DNA of 64,000 bases from an uncultured Ectothiorhodospiraceae bacterium (GCA_947259415.1 CAMYMI010000001.1:100880-164879), one strand, 5' to 3'; shown: positions 19,924 to 31,338, numbered from the stretch's first letter. The notes: generated from the letters alone by a model not told the origin. Numbers and translations: made by a program.

Positions 19924-19941
19924 CGGGGAGCGTAATGATCT

Positions 19942-19959
19942 GCTGTTGTTGGCAACAGC
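19942..19959. terminator. Hairpin between convergent greB and the PLD-family gene
   Basis: GCTGTTG-ttgg-CAACAGC is a 7-bp perfect stem. There is no clear U tract, so terminator function is uncertain. Confidence 0.3.
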
Positions 19960-19966
19960 TACTCGA

Positions 19967-22048
19967 CTAGAGTAAATCGGCCAGCAACTCTGCCAGATAG
20001 TGGGACCAGTCATTCGGCAACGGTTCCTCCAGTTCCAGCGAGCGTTCGAAGTCGGGCTGGAAGACCTGCTCCACCAGCGCCGTTACCGCCGGCTCATGGG
20101 ATGTTGCCAGGTTCATTTCTCGGTTCACGCGCAGGCTCAGGTTGTCGAAATTGGCCGAACCGAGGCAGGCCCAGCCATCATATAACGCGGCCTTCAGATG
20201 TGACATACCCGGGTATATGAAGACACGCACCCCGTGGTTCAAAAGGGTATTGGCGGCCAGGGCATTGCTCTTGTTGATCGCCCCGCTGTCGCTCCGGTAG
20301 GGTATGATCACCCGGACATCCACGCCGCGTCGACGTGCCTGGGTGAGTTCATAGAGCACGGCATCGCTGGTGAGGTACGGGTTCTCCAGATAGATGTGTT
20401 GACGGGCATTTCGGATAGCGGCGATCTGGGCACGCAGGATCTGCGAATTACCGGGTCGTGTATACAGCAGTCGCAGCGGATAATCGTCAGACGTGACTGC
20501 AGCGGGCGCGACCTGCTTCTGCTGGAACAGGCCCTGCAGGTCTCCGAGCAGTCCGGCCCGTGCCCAGGCACGGTGAAAATCCTCCACGATTTGCGCCACC
20601 ACCGGCCCGGTTGTCTCCACCATCATGTCATGCCAGTCGTAGCGGTATTCGCGGCCAATGTTCATGCCACCGATGAACGCGGTAGCGCCATCGATAACAA
20701 TGGCCTTGGTGTGATCTCCGGCAAGCCACGGGTTCGACAACACGCGCACCTTGATACTCGAGTCCGCTTGCAGATAGTTCACCATGGATAGCGGCGGCTG
20801 GTAATCCGGTGGCAGCGACGCCGCCTGGACCTGGCTGGCCCCGAGGGTACCGAGACCGTCCACCTGGACCTTTACCTTGATATCGGCCGAGCGGCGTTTG
20901 AGCAGGTCCGCAATCCGCAGGGCATAGTCGTCATTGTCGAAGATGTAGACACGCAGATAGACGGATTCACGGGCCGCGCTGATCAGGTCGATCAGCCGCG
21001 GGAAGAAGCCGGCACCATCCACCCTGTATTTCACCTGGCCGGCTGACTGCTCGCTGCTGGTAAGGGCATCAAGCGACTGTTCCCACGCCACCAGATCCAT
21101 GCCGGGGCCCTGGTTGAGCGGCGGGACCGGCTGCTGCCCGGCCAGCATGAAGGTGTGGGGCTGAGCCAGGTCCACCGTCGAGGTGACCGCCAGGGTGAAC
21201 AGGCGCGCCACGGACGACACCGGCTGGTTAAGCGCGACACGCACATGATCCATGAGCGTGCGCGAGAACAACCCGACCGCCGAGCCCAATGACAGTCCCT
21301 GACCTGTACCGCCCTCGGTTGGGGTGTGTTGCAGGAACACGATTCTGCCGCTGGCGCCATCGGCATAGACAAATGGATAGCCATAGTCGCTGTCGTCACC
21401 TGTCTCGAACAGCAGGCGGCTGTCAGCACCGGGCCGTTCCGGCAGCTGTCGGCCCATGACGGCGAGCACCTGCATGAAATCACGACTCTGCGCCACCTCG
21501 ATCTCGGCAGGCTTGTAGACACTCGGCACGGCGCGTACGGTACCCGCCGCGTCCCGGTACAGGAACAGTTCATGCTGGTGCAGGATATCGATTATTGCAC
21601 CGCGGCCGTCCTCCAGCGGCGCAAGCTGTTCCAGGGTCGCCCCGAGCAGGGCCTGCCACGCCCGTGGTCCACGCACTTCGATTGCGACGCCATCCGTGCG
21701 CAACACTTCGAACGGTGCAGCCGCCATTACCTCCAGCCTGGCGGTCGTGCCGCTGTTCCCGGCCACGGTCACGAACTCATGCGCTACCGCGGGGAGAGTC
21801 ACCACGGCATACCCGGTTCCCGAGCCTGTACTCACCGCAACACCAAGCCTGTCCCGGAACATAAATGCCGTCACAACCCGGGGCGCAGCCTCAAGGGTAT
21901 CGGTAGCGCTGGGGAGCGGCATGAGATCTCCCCGTGTATCCTTTACACCGGTGGGTTGTGCAGCGCATGCGGCCAGACTGATTACCATGACTATGGCCAT
22001 CACCGCGGGCAACCACATCAGAGAGTTTCTCATATCCATATCAATCAT
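19967..22048 (-). CDS. Phospholipase D / cardiolipin synthase-family lipoprotein with long N-terminal domain
   Basis: Two HKD motifs (HTKAIVIDG...GGMN and HLKAALYDG...GSAN) in the C-terminal half. Lipobox SLAAC near the N-terminus. The first 330 aa or so are unassigned. Confidence 0.85.
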   Translation of the reverse strand: MIDMDMRNSLMWLPAVMAIVMVISLAACAAQPTGVKDTRGDLMPLPSATDTLEAAPRVVTAFMFRDRLGVAVSTGSGTGYAVVTLPAVAHEFVTVAGNSGTTARLEVMAAAPFEVLRTDGVAIEVRGPRAWQALLGATLEQLAPLEDGRGAIIDILHQHELFLYRDAAGTVRAVPSVYKPAEIEVAQSRDFMQVLAVMGRQLPERPGADSRLLFETGDDSDYGYPFVYADGASGRIVFLQHTPTEGGTGQGLSLGSAVGLFSRTLMDHVRVALNQPVSSVARLFTLAVTSTVDLAQPHTFMLAGQQPVPPLNQGPGMDLVAWEQSLDALTSSEQSAGQVKYRVDGAGFFPRLIDLISAARESVYLRVYIFDNDDYALRIADLLKRRSADIKVKVQVDGLGTLGASQVQAASLPPDYQPPLSMVNYLQADSSIKVRVLSNPWLAGDHTKAIVIDGATAFIGGMNIGREYRYDWHDMMVETTGPVVAQIVEDFHRAWARAGLLGDLQGLFQQKQVAPAAVTSDDYPLRLLYTRPGNSQILRAQIAAIRNARQHIYLENPYLTSDAVLYELTQARRRGVDVRVIIPYRSDSGAINKSNALAANTLLNHGVRVFIYPGMSHLKAALYDGWACLGSANFDNLSLRVNREMNLATSHEPAVTALVEQVFQPDFERSLELEEPLPNDWSHYLAELLADLL

Positions 22049-22272
22049 CCCGTACCGGCACGGGAGGTAGCCCGGTCACAGACCCGCTGTCACCCTTTGA
22101 TAGCATACCCGGACTGCAACCACCTTTCGCCAGGTGCCACCACCACGCAACACGCAATAGCTGTCAAAATGCCGTCTTTAGCCGCCTCATCTGATGCTAT
22201 ACTTTGAATAGCCCAGGTTTTCGGCACGCTGTATGACTGTGCCGACAGACAGCGCTCAAGGAAGGCGCACAC

Positions 22273-22467
22273 ATGAAAGATCGCAGAGCAGCCGAACGGC
22301 GCAGGTCCGTCTCGAACCCAGTCCGTGTTGTCGTGGGGAAGAAAGGACGGGTACCCAATACCGATCAACGATCGATCCCGGACCGGCGCCTTAATAATAT
22401 CGCTGTCGAGTTCATCTCGATCGACGATTTTTACCTGACAAACATCCACAACGGCTACCATTCCTGA
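22273..22467 (+). CDS. Arg-rich mini-protein, paralog of 11944-12153 (unknown function)
   Basis: 64 aa with an AAGGAAGG RBS 8 nt upstream. Shares AERRRS...PDRRLNNIAVE..SIDD with the first copy. Confidence 0.5.
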   Translation: MKDRRAAERRRSVSNPVRVVVGKKGRVPNTDQRSIPDRRLNNIAVEFISIDDFYLTNIHNGYHS

Positions 22468-22549
22468 TCCCGTGTGCCCGCTGCAGCTGAGCAGGCCTCA
22501 GCGCCGCCTTATGTCCGGCTATTCGGAAGATGGCCTGACCGGTATACTT

Positions 22550-22577
22550 GATGATTTTCCGATAGTGTAAAATCATC
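22550..22577. promoter_or_regulatory. Perfect 9-bp inverted repeat just upstream of hemH
   Basis: GATGATTTT (22550-22558), a 10-nt spacer, then AAAATCATC (22569-22577). It ends 17 nt before the hemH start. Confidence 0.3.
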
Positions 22578-22594
22578 TGCTGGCGAGATTAACC

Positions 22595-23704
22595 ATGGGC
22601 ATGCACAAGGGACTTACCGACTACTCACACGACTCGATTCCGACCACCGGGGTTCTCATCACCAACCTGGGGACACCGGACCAAGCGACGCCCGCGGCCG
22701 TACGCAGTTACCTGAAGGAATTTCTCTGGGACCCCCGCGTGGTCGAGATACCCCGACCTGTCTGGTGGCTCATATTGCACGCCTTTGTGCTGACCACACG
22801 CCCCCGCAAATCAGCCCATGCCTACACACAGATTTGGAGCGACGACGGGTCGCCGCTGATGGCCCACTCCAAACGACAACGCGATGAGCTGCAGAAATCA
22901 CTCGATATACACATCAAGGGACCGGTGAAGGTTGCCCTGGGCATGCGCTACGGCAATCCCTCCATCGCCTCGGCACTGGAGGAACTGCATGCAGCCAATG
23001 CCCAGCGCATCCTGGTGTTTCCGCTTTACCCGCAGCATTCTGCAGCTACAACCGCCTCCACCCTGGACGCAGTGGCACTGACACTGCAGAAATGGCGCCG
23101 GCTACCGGATTTGCGTTTTATTGCCCAGTACCACGACCAGCCCGGTTACATCGGCGCCCTGGTCAGCAGCATTCGGCAATTCTGGGACAAGCACGGCAAA
23201 CCCGAACGACTGCTGTTTTCGTTTCACGGAATGCCCAGGCGCACCCTGATGGCGGGTGATCCCTACCATTGTCAATGCCAGAAAACCGCGCGCCTGGTCG
23301 TCCAGCAACTCGGACTTGATGATGAAGAGTGGAGCGTGGCCTTCCAGTCCCTGTTTGGTCGCGAGGAATGGTTGCGCCCCTATGCCAACGAAACACTTGA
23401 ACAGCTGGGAAAGCAGGGCCTGAAAAGCGTCCACGTAGTCTGTCCCGGGTTCTCCGCTGACTGCCTGGAAACACTTGAAGAAATGGCCATGCAGAACAAG
23501 GAAGTCTTTCAGCAGGCCGGCGGCGGTGATTACCGCTACATCCCCGCACTCAATGATAACCCGGAACACATAAGCGCACTCACGGACATTGTGATGCAAA
23601 ACATCCGCGGGTGGCCGGACATCGATGCCTGGGATCCGGATACTGCCCGGCTCGAGGCCGAACAGTGCAGCCGTCGCGCCCTTGCCATGGGCGCCAAACA
23701 GTAA
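22595..23704 (+). CDS. hemH: Ferrochelatase
   Basis: GVLITNLGTPD.., FPLYPQHSAATT, and FSFHGMP with the conserved His. Full length at 369 aa. Confidence 0.95.
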   Translation: MGMHKGLTDYSHDSIPTTGVLITNLGTPDQATPAAVRSYLKEFLWDPRVVEIPRPVWWLILHAFVLTTRPRKSAHAYTQIWSDDGSPLMAHSKRQRDELQKSLDIHIKGPVKVALGMRYGNPSIASALEELHAANAQRILVFPLYPQHSAATTASTLDAVALTLQKWRRLPDLRFIAQYHDQPGYIGALVSSIRQFWDKHGKPERLLFSFHGMPRRTLMAGDPYHCQCQKTARLVVQQLGLDDEEWSVAFQSLFGREEWLRPYANETLEQLGKQGLKSVHVVCPGFSADCLETLEEMAMQNKEVFQQAGGGDYRYIPALNDNPEHISALTDIVMQNIRGWPDIDAWDPDTARLEAEQCSRRALAMGAKQ

Positions 23705-24058
23705 TCCGCAATTGTCTAATAAAAGCCGTTTTTATCAGCACACCACGCCACCCCGCTTCAACTAATAAAATAATTTTCTGGATGCACTGGGCAGGATAAA
23801 AACCGGCACCCGATTTTCATTTTCCACAGATGTCTTGTAAGATAATAATTAGTAAACTGAAAATCAGAATAATAAATTCAAAATAGAATCATACTAATTA
23901 AGATTCGTTTTATTACTATTATTCAAGTATAAAATTAATCCTTTCATTCATTATATCTATAGTTTTTTCTTCATTAACTCTGCTAATATCTTGCCTTATT
24001 CGACCGGCAGGCTCTCCCGCGGACCGCCGGAAACACCGTTCATGAAGAGGCACAATCG

Positions 24059-24508
24059 ATGCACAAACCACAGCACCACCTGGTCATACTCTCTACCCTG
24101 CTTGCCACCATGTTGGCAACCGGCAGTGTGTTAGCCGAACAGGGCATCAGCCACGAAACCCACCAGTTTAACCTTGACTGGGTTGAGACCATTGACCGTT
24201 ACGGATTCGTTGGACATGTGCCCGCGGTCGATCCGCAACAGCTTGCCCAGAACATCGAGACCCTGCACGATGACTTTGTCCAGAACCAGCAGTATCTCGC
24301 CCGAAAAGTCGAAGACACCCGGCTGAATACCGGTGACGCCGTTATCACGGTCATCATGCCGGGCGGCCTGCTCTATGCAGGTTACAGAAAACGCGAACAT
24401 AGCCGCGCTAAAAATGACCTGGCAGCCATTAGCGGGGTCATTGAGGAACTGACGAGCGATCTGGCGGCTTCCCGCCGCCTGGCCAGCACGGTGGCTTACC
24501 TGGACTGA
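24059..24508 (+). CDS. Hypothetical secreted protein
   Basis: 149 aa with a signal peptide ending VLAEQG. No recognisable domain. Followed by a strong terminator. Confidence 0.55.
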   Translation: MHKPQHHLVILSTLLATMLATGSVLAEQGISHETHQFNLDWVETIDRYGFVGHVPAVDPQQLAQNIETLHDDFVQNQQYLARKVEDTRLNTGDAVITVIMPGGLLYAGYRKREHSRAKNDLAAISGVIEELTSDLAASRRLASTVAYLD

Positions 24509-24533
24509 TCGCACCGGCCCGTCCCGCTGTCAT

Positions 24534-24569
24534 AAAACCCCGTCCCGGGTGACGGGGTTTTTCTTTTTT
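24534..24569. terminator. Bidirectional rho-independent terminator
   Basis: AAAA-CCCCGTC-ccgggt-GACGGGG-TTTTTCTTTTTT lies between the convergent 24059-24508 (+) and yajD (-) genes. Confidence 0.8.
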
Positions 24570-24666
24570 CTGGGGCATTACCGGTCGTTATATTTCATGC
24601 GATACCAGGTACCAGCACATGAATATGGCAGCATGCTTGTTGTCCTGCATTACCCCGACGCTCGTA

Positions 24667-25062
24667 TTAATCATCCGACTGCTGTTTATTACCCAGTAGT
24701 CCCTTGAGATCGGCAAACGGATTGTGCGTGGCATCCGCTTCGCCGGCATCGCCTGCCTTGCTATCTCCCCCGCTGGCGTTGTCCAGGTAGCGGGCGTGTT
24801 CGTTGTCGTGGCAGTACAGGCACAGCAGTTCCCAGTTGCTACCATCCTCAGGATTGTTGTCATGGTTGTGATCGCGGTGATGGACCGTGAGTTCATGCAG
24901 GTTGGCGCGGGTAAATTCGCGGGAGCAGCGTCCGCAGATCCACGGATACAGCTTTAGCGCCTGTTCCCGGTAACCCTGTTCGCGCTGCTCCCGGTTACGC
25001 CGGGCCTCGGCAACGATGCGGTCCAGTCTGGCATTGTCTGTCTGGTTCTTCCTGCCTGGCAT
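24667..25062 (-). CDS. yajD: HNH nuclease YajD
   Basis: YREQALKLYPWICGRCSREF...LTVHHRDHNHDNNPEDGSNWELLCLYCHDNEH is nearly colinear with E. coli YajD as I recall it. Confidence 0.9.
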   Translation of the reverse strand: MPGRKNQTDNARLDRIVAEARRNREQREQGYREQALKLYPWICGRCSREFTRANLHELTVHHRDHNHDNNPEDGSNWELLCLYCHDNEHARYLDNASGGDSKAGDAGEADATHNPFADLKGLLGNKQQSDD

Positions 25063-25145
25063 TGAGCTGCTCCCGGGCGGCTGTTTCCTGCAAGCTTACA
25101 AGGATGGCCTCCAGAATCAATATTCTCCGGTCCGGGACCTGGCGG

Positions 25146-25565
25146 TTATTCCTCTTGCGAGACCTTGCGTCGCAGCCGCTTGTCCCTGCCGCGCCGGGTT
25201 TTCTCGTCGAGGCGTCTTTCACGTGACTTGCGGGTTGGCTGGGTTGGCCGGCGCTTTTTTGGAATCCTGGCGACACTCCTGACCAGCGCCTGCAGCCGTT
25301 CCAGGGCCTCTTCCCGGTTCTTTTCCAGGGTCCGGTAGCGCTGCGCCTTGATAACGATGACGCCCTCCTTGCTGATACGCCTATCATTCAGCTTCAGCAG
25401 GCGTTGTTTGTAGAACGCGGGGAGCGATGACGCGCCGATATCGAAACGCAGGTGCACAGCACTGGATACCTTGTTGACGTTCTGCCCCCCGGCACCCTGC
25501 GCTCGGATCGAGCTGATCTCGACCTCGCTGCCGGGAATCGAAACGTGGGTGGATATCTTCAGCAT
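25146..25565 (-). CDS. arfB: Alternative ribosome-rescue factor ArfB (YaeJ)
   Basis: [23 protein letters not shown] carries the GGQ motif, and the C-terminal tail is basic. Confidence 0.95.
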   Translation of the reverse strand: MLKISTHVSIPGSEVEISSIRAQGAGGQNVNKVSSAVHLRFDIGASSLPAFYKQRLLKLNDRRISKEGVIVIKAQRYRTLEKNREEALERLQALVRSVARIPKKRRPTQPTRKSRERRLDEKTRRGRDKRLRRKVSQEE

Positions 25566-25664
25566 GCAATCGATCGGTTAATCGGCTGAAAAATATTGCA
25601 GCAGCGGTTTGCATCACTGTCGGGAGACCACACCCGGGCACCGGCTCGCAAGATCGTGCCTGCT

Positions 25665-26105
25665 TCAGCTGCGCGCGTGCGACCCGGCCCAGCGGACGAT
25701 ATCCCGCAAACCCATGGCACCGGTCTGGCGGGTGAGCTCGCGCCCGTGCTGGAACAGGACCAGGGTCGGGATGCTGCGGATACCGAACTGGCCGGCGATG
25801 GCCTGTTCATTCTCGGTATTGAGCTTGGCCAGCCGCACCCGCGGTTCGAGCTGAGCGGCCGCCTGTTCAAAGGCCGGGGCCATCATCTTGCAGGGCCCGC
25901 ACCAGGGCGCCCAGAAGTCGACCAGCACCGGCACATCGTTGCGGGTGATCTGCTTCTTGAAGTTAGTGGCCGTCAGCTCCATGGGATGGGCATTGAACAG
26001 GGGGCGGTGACATTTGCCGCAACCGGGCTGCTCAGCAATCCGCGCCGCCGGGATCCGGTTCACGGCCCCGCAGGGGGCGCAGACAATATGCAATGAACCA
26101 CTCAT
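25665..26105 (-). CDS. trxC: Thioredoxin 2 (N-terminal zinc finger)
   Basis: CAPCG...CGKCH zinc-finger cysteines followed by the WCGPC active site. Confidence 0.93.
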   Translation of the reverse strand: MSGSLHIVCAPCGAVNRIPAARIAEQPGCGKCHRPLFNAHPMELTATNFKKQITRNDVPVLVDFWAPWCGPCKMMAPAFEQAAAQLEPRVRLAKLNTENEQAIAGQFGIRSIPTLVLFQHGRELTRQTGAMGLRDIVRWAGSHARS

Positions 26106-26374
26106 GCGCCTATTGTACCTGCCGGGCAGTAATTATTAACCCTCGCGGCGCCTTGCCAGCGGTCACCCGCGCCAGGATTTTTGCCAGCAAATCATCTAGT
26201 CGGGTGCCCACTTTTCAATCACCCGTGGAAATCCGGTGCCGGAGTTCATCCCTGTACAATACCGGATCAGTTGCGCCGACAAGCGCTCGACTGAATACGC
26301 CCCGACACGGGGATGCCGTTATCCAGCCAGATTCTGCCGACAATCAAACCGACTGCCAGACCGGCGCCTGACAG

Positions 26375-26872
26375 TTAAAGTGCGGCCAAAACCTTCAGCA
26401 GGTCGAGCGCCGTGACAATCCCCGTCAACTTGCTGCCATCGGTCACGAATACCCGGTGGATCCCACCCCTGATCAGCAAGTCGGCAATCTGCTGAACGCT
26501 GGCTTCCTCATCAATCCGGAAGATCATCGGCGTCATGATGTCGCGCACCTTTACCGGTGACTCGTTGTCTGTATGGAACAGACGTATCTCCTCGTGCCCC
26601 ATGTGGCGTTCCAGCGCATAAAGATAGATATCATGTGTTTTATCCGGGACGGTATCACTCTCTGGCATACTGCTGTGACGCACCACATCCGATAGTGACA
26701 CAACCCCGATCAATTCCCCCCCGGTGGCGGTAACCGGTGCTCCCGAGATGTGATTGTCTGTCAGGAAATTGGCCAGCGCCTCGATCGACCAGTCCGCATC
26801 AGCGGACAATACATTGCGTTGCATGACTTCGGCTGCGGTCCAGTTTCTGACATCATCACTAACATCACTCAT
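26375..26872 (-). CDS. CBS-domain pair protein
   Basis: Two CBS repeats (NHISGAPV, VKVRDIMTP, IHRVFVTD). ATG 26872 (MSDVSDD) is preferred to the track start at 26917. Confidence 0.8.
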   Translation of the reverse strand: MSDVSDDVRNWTAAEVMQRNVLSADADWSIEALANFLTDNHISGAPVTATGGELIGVVSLSDVVRHSSMPESDTVPDKTHDIYLYALERHMGHEEIRLFHTDNESPVKVRDIMTPMIFRIDEEASVQQIADLLIRGGIHRVFVTDGSKLTGIVTALDLLKVLAAL

Positions 26873-27344
26873 ATTGATTACCTCAGCTCGATAAATTGAA
26901 AAACAACCGCCTGCCATACCCGACCGACCAAGCGCGTGACACTGGCAGCAGCGGACGACAACCTCTCCGAATCATCTGCTTTTTTCCAACCGGCAGAATT
27001 GATCCAGGTCAACAGAGCAGAAATCAGGGTTGTATTTTCTGCCTAAAACCGATCATAGCGAATAAATTATCCGTCGGCGGCTGGCGGAGGCAGCTCCTGC
27101 TGGACGGCCCGACCCCTGAAACCGGCCTGCTTGCGTGCCGGCTGAAACAGTATATACCGGCTATATCCTGGCGGTCCGCGTAGCAACGGGGCGGTAAATT
27201 TAGGGGTCCCACGCGACATTCAGGCCATGCTGTGCTTATACTTGGTGTATCTGGCTGCAAGAATGGTCGCCGTGTGATTCACGGCAAGGCCCGCCCCAGC
27301 CGCACTGTTAGCGCCGATAGATAACAACAAAGCAGGTTTACATC

Positions 27345-28898
27345 ATGAATCATACTACCCTGAAGGTAACCCTTGTCTGTCTCTGCCTGATTATAGGCCC
27401 TACCACCCCGGCCTGGTCCACGGAATCAACAACCACCCCGCCCTCCGGTCAGTTCGCTCCACCGCCCGGGTACCGTCCCGTCCCGCCCTGGCGCGGTTAT
27501 GCCCCCGCGGGCGTACCACGGCCCGGCCGGAACACCATGCGCCGTGATTACCCGGCACCGGGGTTGACGCCACCATATGGCACCCGTCAGCGCGCGTACA
27601 CGCCGCCTACACAGCCCCGACAGATCAGCCCTCCTGCAGTCACTGCTGCCACCGCCCGGGAGCGCCTGCAGGCGGAGCTGGAACTTAGCCATGCAGAACT
27701 CGATGCCATACGTGAAGAGCTGAAGCAGACCCGTGCCCTGCTGAAGGATGCCGGGCTGGCACTCGACCGGGCCTATGACGAATACCGCCAGGTCACGGCC
27801 GGCAATAAAACCCTCGAAGCCGAACTGGCCACAGCATTGACCGAGCGGGACAGCGCCCGCGAGCGCGATACCGAGCTGTCCATCGAGTTGATGGCTGCGG
27901 AGAAACAGCTGGCCCATGCCGTGGATCGCCTTGAACAGCTGGAAGCGCAAGAGGCGTCACATACCAGCGAGCGTACCGAACGGGAGCAACTGCTGGCGGA
28001 ACGTGGGGCACGACTGGCCGAACTCGAGGCGCTGCTGGAATCCAGGAACGCTGAAGCCAGCGGGTTGCGGAGCGAGCTGGATGCACTCGAGCTACAGCTT
28101 GCCCTTATGAAAACCGAGGTTCAGGCCGCCGCCGATGCACTGATTCGGGCACAGACAGAAATGGCCGCGGCAAGTACCCAGCGCGATGAAGCTGAGTCCC
28201 GCCAGCAGGCATGCCAGGCGGAAAGTGAGCGCCTTGCGAATCGGCTCGACGCGGAAAGCGGCACGCTGGCAAACGCCCAGCGGGCACTCGCAGAAACTGA
28301 GGCGGCACGTACTGCCCTGCAGTCCGATCTGACGGCCTGCAACTCGGCACTGACCGCGGCCGGCGCCGACCTGGAAACGGCACAGGCTGAGATCGAAAAA
28401 ATGACCACAAGCTCGGCACCCTCAGCGGCAGCCTCAGCCACACCCACACCCACACCCGCCCTGCAGGACAGCGACGCCGACGGTGTCGCGGACAGCGACG
28501 ACCTCTGTGCGGACACACAGCCAGGTGCGAGCGTTGGACCGACCGGCTGCACCGGGAATGCACCCGTCATCCTGGAAGGTGTCAGCTTCCGCTATGACTC
28601 GCACGAACTCAGCGCCAGGTCCCGTGCCAACCTCGACCGGATCGCTGCCATACTGATTCAGCACCCCTCACTGAGACTCGAGGTCGCGGGTCATACCGAC
28701 ACCCAGGGCAACCCGGCCTACAACCAGTGGCTATCCCAGCAGCGCGCCGCCAGTGTGATGGACTACCTGGTCAAACAGGGGGTCAGCCCGGACAATCTCA
28801 CGGCACGCGGTTACGGCGCACAACAGCCGATCGACGACAACACTACCCGCAAAGGGCTCGCACGCAATCGCCGGGTCGAATTGCGCCGGCTACCCTGA
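27345..28898 (+). CDS. OmpA-family protein with Pro-rich linker, long coiled coil and TSP3-like repeat
   Basis: Signal peptide, Ala/Glu/Leu heptad-rich region of about 250 aa, DSDADGVADSDDLC, and a C-terminal OmpA-like domain (GHTDTQGNPAYNQWLSQQRA...NRRVEL). Confidence 0.85.
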   Translation: MNHTTLKVTLVCLCLIIGPTTPAWSTESTTTPPSGQFAPPPGYRPVPPWRGYAPAGVPRPGRNTMRRDYPAPGLTPPYGTRQRAYTPPTQPRQISPPAVTAATARERLQAELELSHAELDAIREELKQTRALLKDAGLALDRAYDEYRQVTAGNKTLEAELATALTERDSARERDTELSIELMAAEKQLAHAVDRLEQLEAQEASHTSERTEREQLLAERGARLAELEALLESRNAEASGLRSELDALELQLALMKTEVQAAADALIRAQTEMAAASTQRDEAESRQQACQAESERLANRLDAESGTLANAQRALAETEAARTALQSDLTACNSALTAAGADLETAQAEIEKMTTSSAPSAAASATPTPTPALQDSDADGVADSDDLCADTQPGASVGPTGCTGNAPVILEGVSFRYDSHELSARSRANLDRIAAILIQHPSLRLEVAGHTDTQGNPAYNQWLSQQRAASVMDYLVKQGVSPDNLTARGYGAQQPIDDNTTRKGLARNRRVELRRLP

Positions 28899-28975
28899 AT
28901 TGCACGGACATCCCGGAGCGGGCATTCCGACACTAACCGGCGTGGCAAACACACCCGCGTAAGCGACCCGCCGGT

Positions 28976-29662
28976 TCAGTGCAGGTTCATGGTATCCCCT
29001 TGAGTGTCCTGTCCCTCGCGCAGCGGAACGAAGGCGACACCCAGGATATCGCGGCTATGGGTGTTCCCTTCGGCATCTTTTTCCACCAGTATCAACTCCT
29101 GGTGCATATAGGGCAGACCGACCGGGATGACCAGCCGCCCGCCGGGGCTGAGCTGCTCGACCAGCGCCGGCGGTATATGCGAGGCCGCGGCGGTGACAAT
29201 GATCCCGTCATAGGGGGCATGCTCGGGCCAGCCCGCATAACCGTTACCGATGCGGTACTCGATGTTGGTGTAGTCGAGCGCCCGCAGGTGCTCTTGCGAG
29301 GCCTCGCCCAGCTCGCGGATGACCTCGATGGTGTACACCTTGCGCGCGAGCTCTGCCAGGACTGCCGTCTGGTAACCGGAACCGGTACCGATCTCCAGCA
29401 CCACGTGTTCAGGCTCAAGCTGCAGCAGGTCGGTCATCAGCGCCACGATGTAGGGCTGGGATATGGTCTGGCCTTGACCGATTGGCAACGGGCCATTGTC
29501 AAAGGCCAGCGGCCTCAGATTGGGCGGAACGAAGTGATCGCGCGGTACCCGGCCCATCGCCGCCATCACCCGCGGGTCGAGCGCATCCCTGCCGATCAGG
29601 GAGCGGGTGTAGTGCACCTCGTTCTCGATGGTGTCGAGCATGCGTCTGATGGCCTTTTTCAT
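28976..29662 (-). CDS. pcm: Protein-L-isoaspartate O-methyltransferase
   Basis: VPRDHFVP, ISQPYIVA, and the LEIGTGSGYQTAVLA SAM-binding motif. Confidence 0.93.
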   Translation of the reverse strand: MKKAIRRMLDTIENEVHYTRSLIGRDALDPRVMAAMGRVPRDHFVPPNLRPLAFDNGPLPIGQGQTISQPYIVALMTDLLQLEPEHVVLEIGTGSGYQTAVLAELARKVYTIEVIRELGEASQEHLRALDYTNIEYRIGNGYAGWPEHAPYDGIIVTAAASHIPPALVEQLSPGGRLVIPVGLPYMHQELILVEKDAEGNTHSRDILGVAFVPLREGQDTQGDTMNLH

Positions 29663-29685
29663 AACAGTTCCATGACAGGGTTTGC

Positions 29686-31244
<1,559 letters not shown>

Positions 31245-31338
31245 AGACTCATCCAGGTTTGCATGCCTCAGACAGGCTGCCCCCCAACCCGGTCGGAAAA
31301 CCCCGCCCAGGTAAAACTGAATCCCCGAGGTGTGCGGC

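Noticed and set aside
23795-23830. Sigma54-like GGCAC-N-TTTCA near the AT-rich island
   Set aside because: The -12 element is TTTT rather than TTGC, and the site is about 250 nt from the nearest start codon.
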